A stretch of 46,587 nt of DNA from a virus. Lineage: Duplodnaviria; Caudoviricetes. The position numbers and the translations under genes are program-made. Location: IMG/VR virus record IMGVR_UViG_3300049009_000606, positions 1 through 46,587 of that record. The stretch is one strand, 5' to 3'. The stretch's first letter is position 1. Each line of letters starts with the position of its first letter. Below, piece after piece: positions 1-7,710 of this stretch. The notes under the pieces were generated by a model. The model had not been told where the DNA came from, made no database searches, and was given only the letters and a program-made list of their open reading frames with translations.

Positions 1-34
1 CCCTGGAGCAATGCCATTGCCTCGCCTTGCGTTG

Positions 35-121
35 TCCCTGGCACGGTGGGAAGGGCAGGCAAGCCCGGGTTGCCCTACCCCTTGCCCTTGTGCCTGGGGT
101 GATCCCTGGCACGGGGAAGGG
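35..121 (+). repeat. imperfect direct repeat in the left-end non-coding region
   Basis: TCCCTGGCACGGTGGGAAGGG (35-55) and TCCCTGGCACGGGGAAGGG (103-121). Confidence 0.7.
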
Positions 122-294
122 TTGCCCGCTGCTTTCCCCGTCGAGCTTGCGCAAGGTGGGGTTGCCTATGCCCTACCCCTTACGTCGCCCGCCCGCGAAG
201 GTTTACTAACAAGACGGGACAGGCCCAGGGATAACTTGCCCTTGTGAAATATGCCCTTGCCTTGAGCCCGTGCCGGCCATTGTGTCGCGGTCCT

Positions 295-423
295 ATGTTC
301 ACCCCTAAAAGAAAAGAGACCATTGCCCGCGTCTTGTTCGCCGGCGTCATTCTGTCCTGGCCCTTGGCAATTTGCCTAGGCTACGGGCCCGCGATCCGTC
401 GCTTCATTCTTTCCCTTTCCTAA
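295..423 (+). CDS. small single-TM membrane protein (42 aa), first early gene
   Basis: Read manually: MFTPKRKETIARVLFAGVILSWPLAICLGYGPAIRRFILSLS*. Its stop lies 1 nt before the ATG at 425. Basic N-terminus plus a hydrophobic stretch. Confidence 0.6.
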   Translation: MFTPKRKETIARVLFAGVILSWPLAICLGYGPAIRRFILSLS

Positions 424-424
424 T

Positions 425-1159
425 ATGAAAACGAAACTATTAAGCATTAACGCGGACGCGAAAACTAGCAAGGGCACGGGCAAGGGGTACTTGACCGGCA
501 TTTGCTACTTATCCCCCGCAGGGATCGCGGGCCTGGGCAACCTTTGCCCGCATTCATCCGCAGGCTGTCGGACCGCCTGCCTTTATACGGCGGGCCGTGC
601 CGGCATATTTAAGGAGATTAATAAGGCCCGCCTACGTCGGACCCGTTTTCTGTTCGCGGACCGCGTCGCGTTTGCCCTTCAGCTGGAAAAAGAGATTGCC
701 TCACTAGTACGCAAGGCGGACCGCAAGGGCCTTGTGCCCGTTGTTCGCATCAATGGGACGTCGGACCTGACTATTGAAAGCATATTCCCCCGCCTGTTCA
801 CCCTGTTCCCTGCGGTCCAGTTTTATGATTACACTAAATCGGCGCGACGTGCCCTTGCCTGGGCGGAGGGAAAGCTTCCCCCTAATTATCATTTAACCTT
901 TTCATATTCGGAAACAAACGGGAAGACCGCGTTTGATTTACTCCGCAAGGGGGTGAACGTCGCGATCGTCGCCAAGGGGATTGAACCCGGCGATTTGTTC
1001 ACATCCGCCTTTTTTGAGACGTTTGACGCGGACGCGTCGGACCTACGTTTTCTAGATAAGCCCGCAAGCGACGGACGCGGACGCGTCGCCCTACTCAAGG
1101 CAAAGGGCAAGGCACGTAAGGACAAAAGCGGTTTCGTCGTTAACCTGGAAAACCTTTAA
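425..1159 (+). CDS. GP88-family protein (radical-SAM-like Cys cluster)
   Basis: Motifs NLCPHSSAGCRTACLYTAGR (Cx6Cx3C), RINGTSD, QFYDYTK and NYHLTFSYSE are typical of phage GP88-domain proteins. Confidence 0.8.
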   Translation: MKTKLLSINADAKTSKGTGKGYLTGICYLSPAGIAGLGNLCPHSSAGCRTACLYTAGRAGIFKEINKARLRRTRFLFADRVAFALQLEKEIASLVRKADRKGLVPVVRINGTSDLTIESIFPRLFTLFPAVQFYDYTKSARRALAWAEGKLPPNYHLTFSYSETNGKTAFDLLRKGVNVAIVAKGIEPGDLFTSAFFETFDADASDLRFLDKPASDGRGRVALLKAKGKARKDKSGFVVNLENL

Positions 1160-1163
1160 TCCT

Positions 1164-1589
1164 ATGCATCCAACAATCAAAAGTCAGTTAATGGCAATTC
1201 ACTCCTCCGCCCAGTCCCTAGGGATTGACGCGGAAAACAACGTCGAACAACCCGGGCAGGCCTTTGTCGCGTTTAGCAAACGCGACGCGGGCAAGGTTGT
1301 CGCCCATTGTTTCGCAAGGTGGGGGTGGGGTCCGACGATCGTTTTATTTGATGCGACGTTGCCCGCCTTGCCGAAGGGGCAACAATGGATTGGGACGGAC
1401 GCGGTCGAACCCCTTACCCCTATGAAGGCCCTAAATATGCTTTACGGGATGACCCCCGTTGAGACTGCGCAAGACGCGGAGGCCTTGATTGCCTGGGCGG
1501 AGGACAACCCGGAACAATTGACAAGCGGGCAGGCCTTACGCGGGCTTGCAATGGTCCGCAATCACCTGGAGGGCGGATTTTATGCTTAA
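1164..1589 (+). CDS. hypothetical early protein
   Basis: 141-aa ORF tightly packed between its neighbours. Confidence 0.7.
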   Translation: MHPTIKSQLMAIHSSAQSLGIDAENNVEQPGQAFVAFSKRDAGKVVAHCFARWGWGPTIVLFDATLPALPKGQQWIGTDAVEPLTPMKALNMLYGMTPVETAQDAEALIAWAEDNPEQLTSGQALRGLAMVRNHLEGGFYA

Positions 1590-1908
1590 GGCGGACCTTG
1601 TGCAGGAGGCCTTTCAGGTTTCCCGCCTGCTTTCCGCGATCGAGCTGAAGGGGAGTCTTTCCCCTTTGAATCAAACGATTGCGGAAGCCCGTGCGGACCT
1701 TGAGGTTGCAATGGGCCTTAAGGCCGGCAGGTCCGAGGATATGTCAAAGGCCCTTGCGACCGTTGCAAAGGCCCTTGAGGCGGTCCGCGACGCGTCAGGC
1801 GTCGAAGGGTTCGGAAAGGTTGCGGACCGTGCCCGCTTCCTTTCCCTTTTGTTCCTGGGGTTTGCCTTTAACGGGCTTAACCGCAAGGGGCGCAAGCGGA
1901 AGGGGTGA
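1582..1908 (+). CDS. hypothetical helical protein with C-terminal hydrophobic segment and basic tail
   Basis: ATG at 1582 (MLKADLVQE) overlaps the previous stop. Ends FLSLLFLGFAFNGLNRKGRKRKG. Confidence 0.65.
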   Translation: MLKADLVQEAFQVSRLLSAIELKGSLSPLNQTIAEARADLEVAMGLKAGRSEDMSKALATVAKALEAVRDASGVEGFGKVADRARFLSLLFLGFAFNGLNRKGRKRKG

Positions 1909-1928
1909 CCTTCCCGCCGGCGATCTCC

Positions 1929-1949
1929 AGCCCCGCAAGGGGCTTTTTT
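1929..1949 (+). terminator. intrinsic terminator ending the first early unit
   Basis: AGCCCC-GCAA-GGGGCT followed by TTTTT. Confidence 0.85.
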
Positions 1950-1978
1950 GTACCCTGACGAAATTGACGAGACTGCCC

Positions 1979-2007
1979 TTGACGAGGCCTCCCGAGTCCT
2001 ACAGGTT
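1979..2007 (+). promoter_or_regulatory. putative sigma70-type promoter for the second early unit
   Basis: TTGACG-N17-CAGGTT between the terminator and the ATG at 2024. A second TTGACG lies just upstream. Confidence 0.45.
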
Positions 2008-2023
2008 GGAGGTCCTCCCTAAT

Positions 2024-2419
2024 ATGATTACTCCAATCCTCCCGTTAAGCGACAAGGCCCTTGAGGCCCTGTCCTACGTCATCGTGACCGCTACCGAAGG
2101 CGGACACTACACCCGCGAAGATTACGCGGAGTGGACCGACTACGTGCATAAGGACACCCCGAAGGGTTTCTATGCCGAGGTCACCCTTCACCCTAACGAC
2201 GACGTCGAAGGCATCAGCCTTGAACCGATTCGGATGACTCCCCAGGAGCTGGGCAAGCGTCTCGCGGAGCGGTTCAACCTTGATAAGATGCCGTCGCATC
2301 ACGCGTTGATGATTCTCCGGCTTCTCAAGGGCGACGAAGACATCGCGGGCGAAATGGACGTCATCGATTCGGGGGCAATCCTCCAGGTCGCGGTCTACGG
2401 TGAAACCATCTACGGCTAA
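2024..2419 (+). CDS. hypothetical acidic early protein
   Basis: ATG at 2024 (MITPILPL), 131 aa. The longer ORF call from 1679 would run through the terminator. Confidence 0.75.
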   Translation: MITPILPLSDKALEALSYVIVTATEGGHYTREDYAEWTDYVHKDTPKGFYAEVTLHPNDDVEGISLEPIRMTPQELGKRLAERFNLDKMPSHHALMILRLLKGDEDIAGEMDVIDSGAILQVAVYGETIYG

Positions 2420-2423
2420 ACCT

Positions 2424-2849
2424 ATGCGAACCGAAAACGAAAACAAGTGCATCCATTCGGCCTGCCATACGCTCAACGCGTATCGCAAGCGGAAGGGTCA
2501 GGGCTTCGACGTGAAGCCCTCGGACCTGCTCACCCTGCGGGAGGCTCGCGCGGTCACTCCCAAGCCAGCCCTGGCTGAATGGCACGACCTCTCGGTCTTC
2601 ATCCCCGTCAAGGTCGCCGGCCTTTTGTACCGATCCCTCACGCCGAAGGCCCGCGAGTCCCTTATCTCCGACGAGGTCTTTGGTGGCTGGTTCGGTGGCG
2701 GTCCTGCCGACCCTGACTGCGACATCGACGGCGACTTTTGCTCCACCCCGTGCCACTCCGACGACGTCGTGGGCGTCGTGGAATACGTCGAAGACCTTGA
2801 GCATTGCTCCGAGGCCGGTCTTATCTTTATCTACCCCGACAAATACTAA
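2424..2849 (+). CDS. hypothetical early protein (Cys/His-containing, acidic C-terminus)
   Basis: ATG at 2424 (MRTENEN), 141 aa, GC3-rich codons. Confidence 0.7.
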   Translation: MRTENENKCIHSACHTLNAYRKRKGQGFDVKPSDLLTLREARAVTPKPALAEWHDLSVFIPVKVAGLLYRSLTPKARESLISDEVFGGWFGGGPADPDCDIDGDFCSTPCHSDDVVGVVEYVEDLEHCSEAGLIFIYPDKY

Positions 2850-2862
2850 TCCAGCTAAACCT

Positions 2863-3153
2863 ATGATTGCATACATCAGCACGAAATACAGGGGCCCGTC
2901 GAATACGCGGGGCTCCCGAATCACCGCGAAGGCGGTCACGCGTCTGCGTTCGCCCGAACGTATCACCGCGTCTGTCGCGTGGGACCACTCCCTGTCGAAC
3001 GAGGAAAACCACAAGCAGGCGGTCTTTGCGGTTATGGCAAAGGCCGGGATGATCCGTGGGGACTATGCCCTGGACGGCTTCCGCGACGAAGCCCACGTCG
3101 GGCATTGGTGCGCAACCAGCACCTTCACCGCCAGCACGATGAGCGAATTCTAA
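2863..3153 (+). CDS. conserved phage early hypothetical protein
   Basis: ATG at 2863. The ISTKYRGPSNTRGSRITA motif resembles a recurrent small phage protein family (TKYxGPxNxxGxRI). Confidence 0.7.
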   Translation: MIAYISTKYRGPSNTRGSRITAKAVTRLRSPERITASVAWDHSLSNEENHKQAVFAVMAKAGMIRGDYALDGFRDEAHVGHWCATSTFTASTMSEF

Positions 3154-3170
3154 TCTCCAAACCCAAACAT

Positions 3171-3644
3171 ATGAAAAAAACCCGAATCCTCGAAGACGAA
3201 CACGTCTTCATCGTCGATATCGACGTCACCCGCTACGAACACTTCACCTACGGCAATTCGTCCGTGGGCGTGAAAGCGAAGACGCTCCAGTACGTCGAAG
3301 AAATCATCAAGGCGAAGCCCGTCGATGAGATTGACGGCCTTAAACAGCCCAGCCTGACCGCGTGGGCCGACTACTGCGACGTCGTCTACTGCGACGCGTA
3401 CAACCTGGACGACGTCGAAGACGTTGACCCGAACCGCGACATCGATGACGACGAAGACTACTGGACCATCGAGTTCCGACTGATCGCCCGCTTCCGCTAC
3501 AAAGTGCCGGCTGGGACGACGAAGGAAAAGGCGAAGGACCTTTTCATCGAAGAGCTGAACCATATCGTCGAAGACCCCATCGGAGATTCGCTGGAAGAGT
3601 ACGCCTGCGACTTCTCCCTCAACGTCATCGACCAAGGACTTTGA
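3171..3644 (+). CDS. highly acidic hypothetical protein (possible DNA mimic)
   Basis: ATG at 3171 (MKKTRILEDE). D/E-rich, e.g. DDVEDVDPNRDIDDDEDYW. Confidence 0.75.
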   Translation: MKKTRILEDEHVFIVDIDVTRYEHFTYGNSSVGVKAKTLQYVEEIIKAKPVDEIDGLKQPSLTAWADYCDVVYCDAYNLDDVEDVDPNRDIDDDEDYWTIEFRLIARFRYKVPAGTTKEKAKDLFIEELNHIVEDPIGDSLEEYACDFSLNVIDQGL

Positions 3645-3645
3645 T

Positions 3646-4005
3646 ATGAGCGACGAAACTAAAACCGCGCGAGTCACGCTGGGCGTCAAGGTGACGTTCA
3701 CCTTTCCCCCGTCCCAGACCCCGCAGGCGATCGAGGGCTGGTGGCTGGATGAGTGCCCCGAGTTCGAAGAGTGGCTGGAGTGCCAGGACAAGGACATCAC
3801 CCTGGACGACATCGTCGTGGACGACTACCACGTCGCGAGCCCAGGCACGGTCCACGTCTATTACCGCATCGAGGCCTCCTACCCCACCCGCTGGCGTAAG
3901 GATGACGTCGCGGACGCCATTATGGACGCGACCACGGTCCTGAATGAGCCCGACGACTGGATGGTCGGAGAGGTTAAAAGCACGGGCATCAAATTCTACT
4001 CCTAA
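3646..4005 (+). CDS. acidic hypothetical protein
   Basis: 119-aa D/E/W-rich ORF coupled to its neighbours. Confidence 0.75.
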   Translation: MSDETKTARVTLGVKVTFTFPPSQTPQAIEGWWLDECPEFEEWLECQDKDITLDDIVVDDYHVASPGTVHVYYRIEASYPTRWRKDDVADAIMDATTVLNEPDDWMVGEVKSTGIKFYS

Positions 4006-4109
4006 TGCAAATCCTATCCGCCCTATCCGCCGGCGATAAACTCGTCCTGTCGGCCCTCTTCTTCACCATCGGCATCGGGCTCGCCCTGTGGCTGATGATC
4101 AAGCGATAA
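4005..4109 (+). CDS. small single-TM membrane protein (34 aa)
   Basis: TAATG overlap with the previous gene. Reads MQILSALSAGDKLVLSALFFTIGIGLALWLMIKR*. Confidence 0.6.
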   Translation: MQILSALSAGDKLVLSALFFTIGIGLALWLMIKR

Positions 4110-4123
4110 CCTTTCCCAACCCA

Positions 4124-4561
4124 ATGAAACACCCAGACGAAAACCAGACGGAGGGCTTCAAGGCCCTCTGGAGCATCATCCACAACGAACCCACGCAGGC
4201 CGACTACGACTTGGTCGCGCAGGAACTCGCGGGCCACGATGACCGCATCGAGGCCGTGATCCACCTCGCGAACATCCTCCACGCGATGGCAAGCGTGGTC
4301 GAGTCCGACTGCGACCAGATGTCGTACGAACACGGCAAGGAGGGCGACCGCTACGGCGACAACCCGATGGCGAAGGACCACTATATGAGCCAGGTGCATT
4401 ATGCCTATGAAGGCAACCGTATGGCAAACTACTGTGCCAGGGTCGAGGAAGCCCACGAACGTGACGACGAGCTGAAGGACGCGTATGAGGGCGTCGATGA
4501 GGCTCACGGGGGCGAAATGACCGCCGAACAGGCCGAGAAGGCCATCGAGGAGATTCTCTGA
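4124..4561 (+). CDS. acidic helical hypothetical protein
   Basis: ATG at 4124 (MKHPDENQ), preceded by a CCCAACC leader. 145 aa. Confidence 0.75.
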   Translation: MKHPDENQTEGFKALWSIIHNEPTQADYDLVAQELAGHDDRIEAVIHLANILHAMASVVESDCDQMSYEHGKEGDRYGDNPMAKDHYMSQVHYAYEGNRMANYCARVEEAHERDDELKDAYEGVDEAHGGEMTAEQAEKAIEEIL

Positions 4562-4562
4562 T

Positions 4563-4874
4563 ATGGACCTGAACGACCTCAACCCGGCCCTTGTGGCACG
4601 GATGTCGGAGAATGCATTCAAGGAATGGGTGTCCACCGTCGTCACGCGGATGGGCATCCCTATCGAAGCGTTCGAAGCAGGCTCCGAGGAGTACGACGCG
4701 GAGATCACCCTTGGGGGCGAGTACGAGCATTGCCGAATCACGTTCGCTCCTGGCTCGTACGCGGTGTGGGCCTACAACCCGTTCCAAGACGACGACTACA
4801 TCATCGACGGCACCGGAAGTCTCGCCCGCGAATTGCGCGACGCGAAGCGGTTGTCGCTCGACACGAACATCTGA
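4563..4874 (+). CDS. acidic hypothetical protein
   Basis: 103-aa ORF immediately after the previous stop. Confidence 0.75.
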   Translation: MDLNDLNPALVARMSENAFKEWVSTVVTRMGIPIEAFEAGSEEYDAEITLGGEYEHCRITFAPGSYAVWAYNPFQDDDYIIDGTGSLARELRDAKRLSLDTNI

Positions 4875-4909
4875 ATCCCTACATCCATTCATCCCAACCC
4901 AATACCGAT

Positions 4910-5398
4910 ATGCCTAAATACCAAGTAATCCGCAACGTGGACATCATCACCGAGGTGACCGCGAAGAACAAAGCCGAAGCCATCGAGATGGCCCTTGAGG
5001 AGGAGGGCCGTGGCGAGGGCGAGTACTGCGAGGTCAGCATCAAGACGGTCGTGCTGGAGAAGGACAAGAAGCCGTGCAAGGGCCGGTTCGAAGTGATCGT
5101 TGATGCCCGTACCGTGCGTGGCAACGACGTCACCGAAGAGAACATCGCCGACGCCCGCCACGTCGAGAACCTTGACCTGGGCAACATCGGTTTGACCTTC
5201 ACCAAGGTCGAGCAGACGTCGCTTTGCGTCTCGGGTCCGCGCATCATCCTGCATTTCGAGGTGCATTGCCACGGTGGCAACGCCGGCGAAGTCACGGTTG
5301 CCGACCTCAAGGAAGACATCGACGAGATGATTATGTGGTGGGGCGGTAATGCGTGGTCGTACGACAACGGCCCGAAGATCACCGTCAAAGCCATCTGA
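4910..5398 (+). CDS. hypothetical protein
   Basis: ATG at 4910 (MPKYQVIRN...EVTAKNKAEAIEMA), a pattern common in small phage early proteins. CCCAACC leader. Confidence 0.75.
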   Translation: MPKYQVIRNVDIITEVTAKNKAEAIEMALEEEGRGEGEYCEVSIKTVVLEKDKKPCKGRFEVIVDARTVRGNDVTEENIADARHVENLDLGNIGLTFTKVEQTSLCVSGPRIILHFEVHCHGGNAGEVTVADLKEDIDEMIMWWGGNAWSYDNGPKITVKAI

Positions 5399-5417
5399 CC
5401 TTTCCCCTAACACAAAA

Positions 5418-5591
5418 ATGAGCCAACCCAACCACTATGCCGTCAAGGCAATCGCTGAACTCGGCATCGAGACATTCGGCACCGAGAAGCAATGCGAACG
5501 CGAGTTCAACAAGAAGGTGAAGGCCCTCAAGGCCGTCGCCAAGGAACTCGGCATCGCCCTCTGGGTCGATGAGGTCGTCGTCGAAGAGTAA
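5418..5591 (+). CDS. small hypothetical protein (57 aa)
   Basis: ATG at 5418 (MSQPNHY), GC3-rich codons. Confidence 0.65.
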   Translation: MSQPNHYAVKAIAELGIETFGTEKQCEREFNKKVKALKAVAKELGIALWVDEVVVEE

Positions 5592-5602
5592 TTTCCCCCA
5601 CA

Positions 5603-5989
5603 ATGAAAAAAACAAAAGAACAAGAAGAACACGTGTCCCTGGAAATCGGGGACTACACCGTCATCGTCAACGTCACCTTCACCACGAAGGACGACGAGAA
5701 GATGTGGCACTCGTACGAGCTGATCGGTGTCGAATGCCCCGAGGCGATCGACATCCGCGAGACCGACATCACGGAAGATATGCTCCAGACGGAGATTGCG
5801 TCGCACTACCAGTACCTGGCAGAGAACCCCGTGGAGCCTCCGCTGGAGGCCTTGGCGTTCGTGATTCAGGCGTCCGAGGACAACCCAGCTGGGGTCTCGT
5901 TCAGCGAATCTGGTAACGAGGCCATCAAGCGGGTCAAGGACTGGTTCGTCGAGCAGGGTGGGGTGCTGTTCCCCAAGATTAGGCGCTAA
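5603..5989 (+). CDS. acidic hypothetical protein, last early gene
   Basis: 128-aa ORF followed by a terminator. Confidence 0.75.
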   Translation: MKKTKEQEEHVSLEIGDYTVIVNVTFTTKDDEKMWHSYELIGVECPEAIDIRETDITEDMLQTEIASHYQYLAENPVEPPLEALAFVIQASEDNPAGVSFSESGNEAIKRVKDWFVEQGGVLFPKIRR

Positions 5990-6004
5990 TAGCGAAAAAC
6001 GACC

Positions 6005-6039
6005 AAAAGGGGCGATTCTTGCGAGTCGTCCCTTTTTTT
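6005..6039. terminator. bidirectional intrinsic terminator between the convergent arms
   Basis: AAAA-GGGGCGATTC-TTGC-GAGTCGTCCC-TTTTTTT. The loop reads GCAA on the - strand. Confidence 0.85.
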
Positions 6040-6093
6040 GTGCCTCCGCATTTGCCCTGTGGAGCCCTTTGACGACCCGACCCTAGGTAGGCA

Positions 6094-6543
6094 TCAACCG
6101 AAACCGCCAACCCAGCTAGGAGGCTCAATGTAGGGCACGGACGGGGCTACCGACGAATCGATCGACAGCATAAAGTGGGCACCCCCATCGTGAGACCAGA
6201 CCTTCTTGATGACTAGGCTGGAGACCGACGAGTCGTCTTTGATAAGACCGGCCCTCATCATCGCGTCGAGCGCGAGCTTTGCCAGGTTGTCGGCATCAGG
6301 GCGGAAGGTGTGGGGTTTGCCCCAGCGATCGTCCTTGGGGGTGGGCATACGGAAGAGCATCAGGACGTCGAGTGGCTCGCCGGCTACGCCGTGGGCCAGG
6401 AAGGCCTGACGAGCTGACCGCTCGACGGTGGCGATCCACCGCTTGGCGTTGGCATCGGCTACCGAGACGACGCGCCCCTTGCAGAGTCTTGGCCTGGGTT
6501 GTGGCCTAGGTGTACCCGAGGCGGAGAATTGGATTGGGTTCAT
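6094..6543 (-). CDS. rusA: RusA-family Holliday junction resolvase
   Basis: GTPRPQPRPR N-terminus, RPDADNLAKLALDAM and IKDDSSV catalytic motifs. An alternative in-frame start (also MNP) lies at 6567. Confidence 0.85.
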   Translation of the reverse strand: MNPIQFSASGTPRPQPRPRLCKGRVVSVADANAKRWIATVERSARQAFLAHGVAGEPLDVLMLFRMPTPKDDRWGKPHTFRPDADNLAKLALDAMMRAGLIKDDSSVSSLVIKKVWSHDGGAHFMLSIDSSVAPSVPYIEPPSWVGGFG

Positions 6544-6569
6544 TTTTGAGTAAGAGGTTGGGTTCATAC

Positions 6570-6866
6570 TATGAGGCAGTCGGGATGCCTCGCCCTTCTG
6601 GGCGATGGGCAAAGCCCGAGGATGCCATTAATAGTATTAATAGGGTGCTTCCTCGCTTCCTCGTCGTTCTGTAAGTGACGTAACTACAACGAGATCCGAT
6701 GAGGAATGGGGGGGTGTCGTTTTTGCCAAAAAGGAAAGGAAGGGGGGTAAATCGCACTTAAGTCGTTGATAATCAACGGAAGTGGTACCTTCCTCGCGCG
6801 GTTTGAGGCACGAGGATGAGGGGGGTAAAACACCCCTTCCTCGAACCACTACTATCAACGACTTAC
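6570..6866. promoter_or_regulatory. structured non-coding region; candidate replication origin or other cis site
   Basis: CTTCCTCG x4 (6648, 6656, 6789, 6836), CGAGGATG x2 (6617, 6811), an inverted pair of TATCAACGACTTA (6759-6771, 6853-6865) matching the IHF consensus WATCAANNNNTTR, and several hairpins. Confidence 0.55.
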
Positions 6867-6876
6867 GAAGCACGTT

Positions 6877-7146
6877 TCAGTCTCCGTAGTCGATGCTTTC
6901 GGCCTCTTCCTGGATGGCCTTCATCAGGCCTTCCGTGTAGCAAGGGTCTTCCTCGACGCCCTCCTCGTTGGTGCAGTCGATGATCTCGGTCTCGTCCCAG
7001 TCCAGCTCCCAATGCCCGCACTCCTCGGTCTGACGACGGCCACCCCAGTCGTGGTCGAACGAGTCGTCCTCCCAGGTCAGGCCGGCATTGATGTTGACGA
7101 TGTACGTGTGTCCACCGTGTTTGACGGTCAGTTCGGCTTCTTTCAT
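6877..7146 (-). CDS. acidic hypothetical protein
   Basis: ATG at 7146 (MKEAELTV), ATGA-coupled to the upstream ORF. Confidence 0.7.
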   Translation of the reverse strand: MKEAELTVKHGGHTYIVNINAGLTWEDDSFDHDWGGRRQTEECGHWELDWDETEIIDCTNEEGVEEDPCYTEGLMKAIQEEAESIDYGD

Positions 7147-7307
7147 TTGGTTGGGGGTTGATGGGTCCACTTGTTACGGGAGAGAAGTTCGGTCCAGAGG
7201 GCCTTTATCCCGGCCCTCATCTTGGAAACGAGCGCGCTTTCCAGCGGGGTGAGCTTCTTGAGCCCAGGCTTTGCCCGAGCCTCCTGTGGGGTGCTGGCAG
7301 TCTTCAT
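7143..7307 (-). CDS. small basic hypothetical protein (54 aa)
   Basis: Read manually: MKTASTPQEARAKPGLKKLTPLESALVSKMRAGIKALWTELLSRNKWTHQPPTK*. ATGA overlaps at both ends. Confidence 0.65.
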   Translation of the reverse strand: MKTASTPQEARAKPGLKKLTPLESALVSKMRAGIKALWTELLSRNKWTHQPPTK

Positions 7308-7501
7308 TGGTCGCGGATACCGAAGGTGTCGTTGCGGAGGAGCTTGAACTGATCGGAGGTCATATGGCGGATGATGCCATCCTCATCCAAGACGATGGCG
7401 AAGACGTCGTTGGCGAAGGTACCACCATCGCGGACGTAGATGAGCATACCGTAGCCGAGAGGGGTCTCGACGGGCATCGGATTGCGGAATTCGTGGATCA
7501 T
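7304..7501 (-). CDS. hypothetical protein (65 aa)
   Basis: ATGA-coupled ORF (MIHEFRNPMPVETPLGYG). Confidence 0.7.
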   Translation of the reverse strand: MIHEFRNPMPVETPLGYGMLIYVRDGGTFANDVFAIVLDEDGIIRHMTSDQFKLLRNDTFGIRDQ

Positions 7502-7710
7502 CGTTTGACGGAACGATTATGGGTGAGCCAGCCTTTGCCATCGACGTATGCGCTGACCACGTAGTTGGTCTCGCTGGGGTACCTCTCGATGCGAACCACA
7601 TAAGAATCATATTCGTCTCCGGGTTCAAAGTTCTCGATGATATTTACGATGACGTTATCTGCCCAGGCCTCAAAGCCTAGTCGGTTGACGTTTTCCGGGT
7701 CAGGTTTCAT
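7498..7710 (-). CDS. hypothetical protein (70 aa)
   Basis: ATGA-coupled ORF. Confidence 0.65.
   Translation of the reverse strand: MKPDPENVNRLGFEAWADNVIVNIIENFEPGDEYDSYVVRIERYPSETNYVVSAYVDGKGWLTHNRSVKR

Noticed and set aside
6600-6870. CRISPR or mini-array
   Set aside because: Repeats are only 8-13 nt, irregularly spaced and in both orientations. The Cas4-like gene is a stand-alone phage nuclease.
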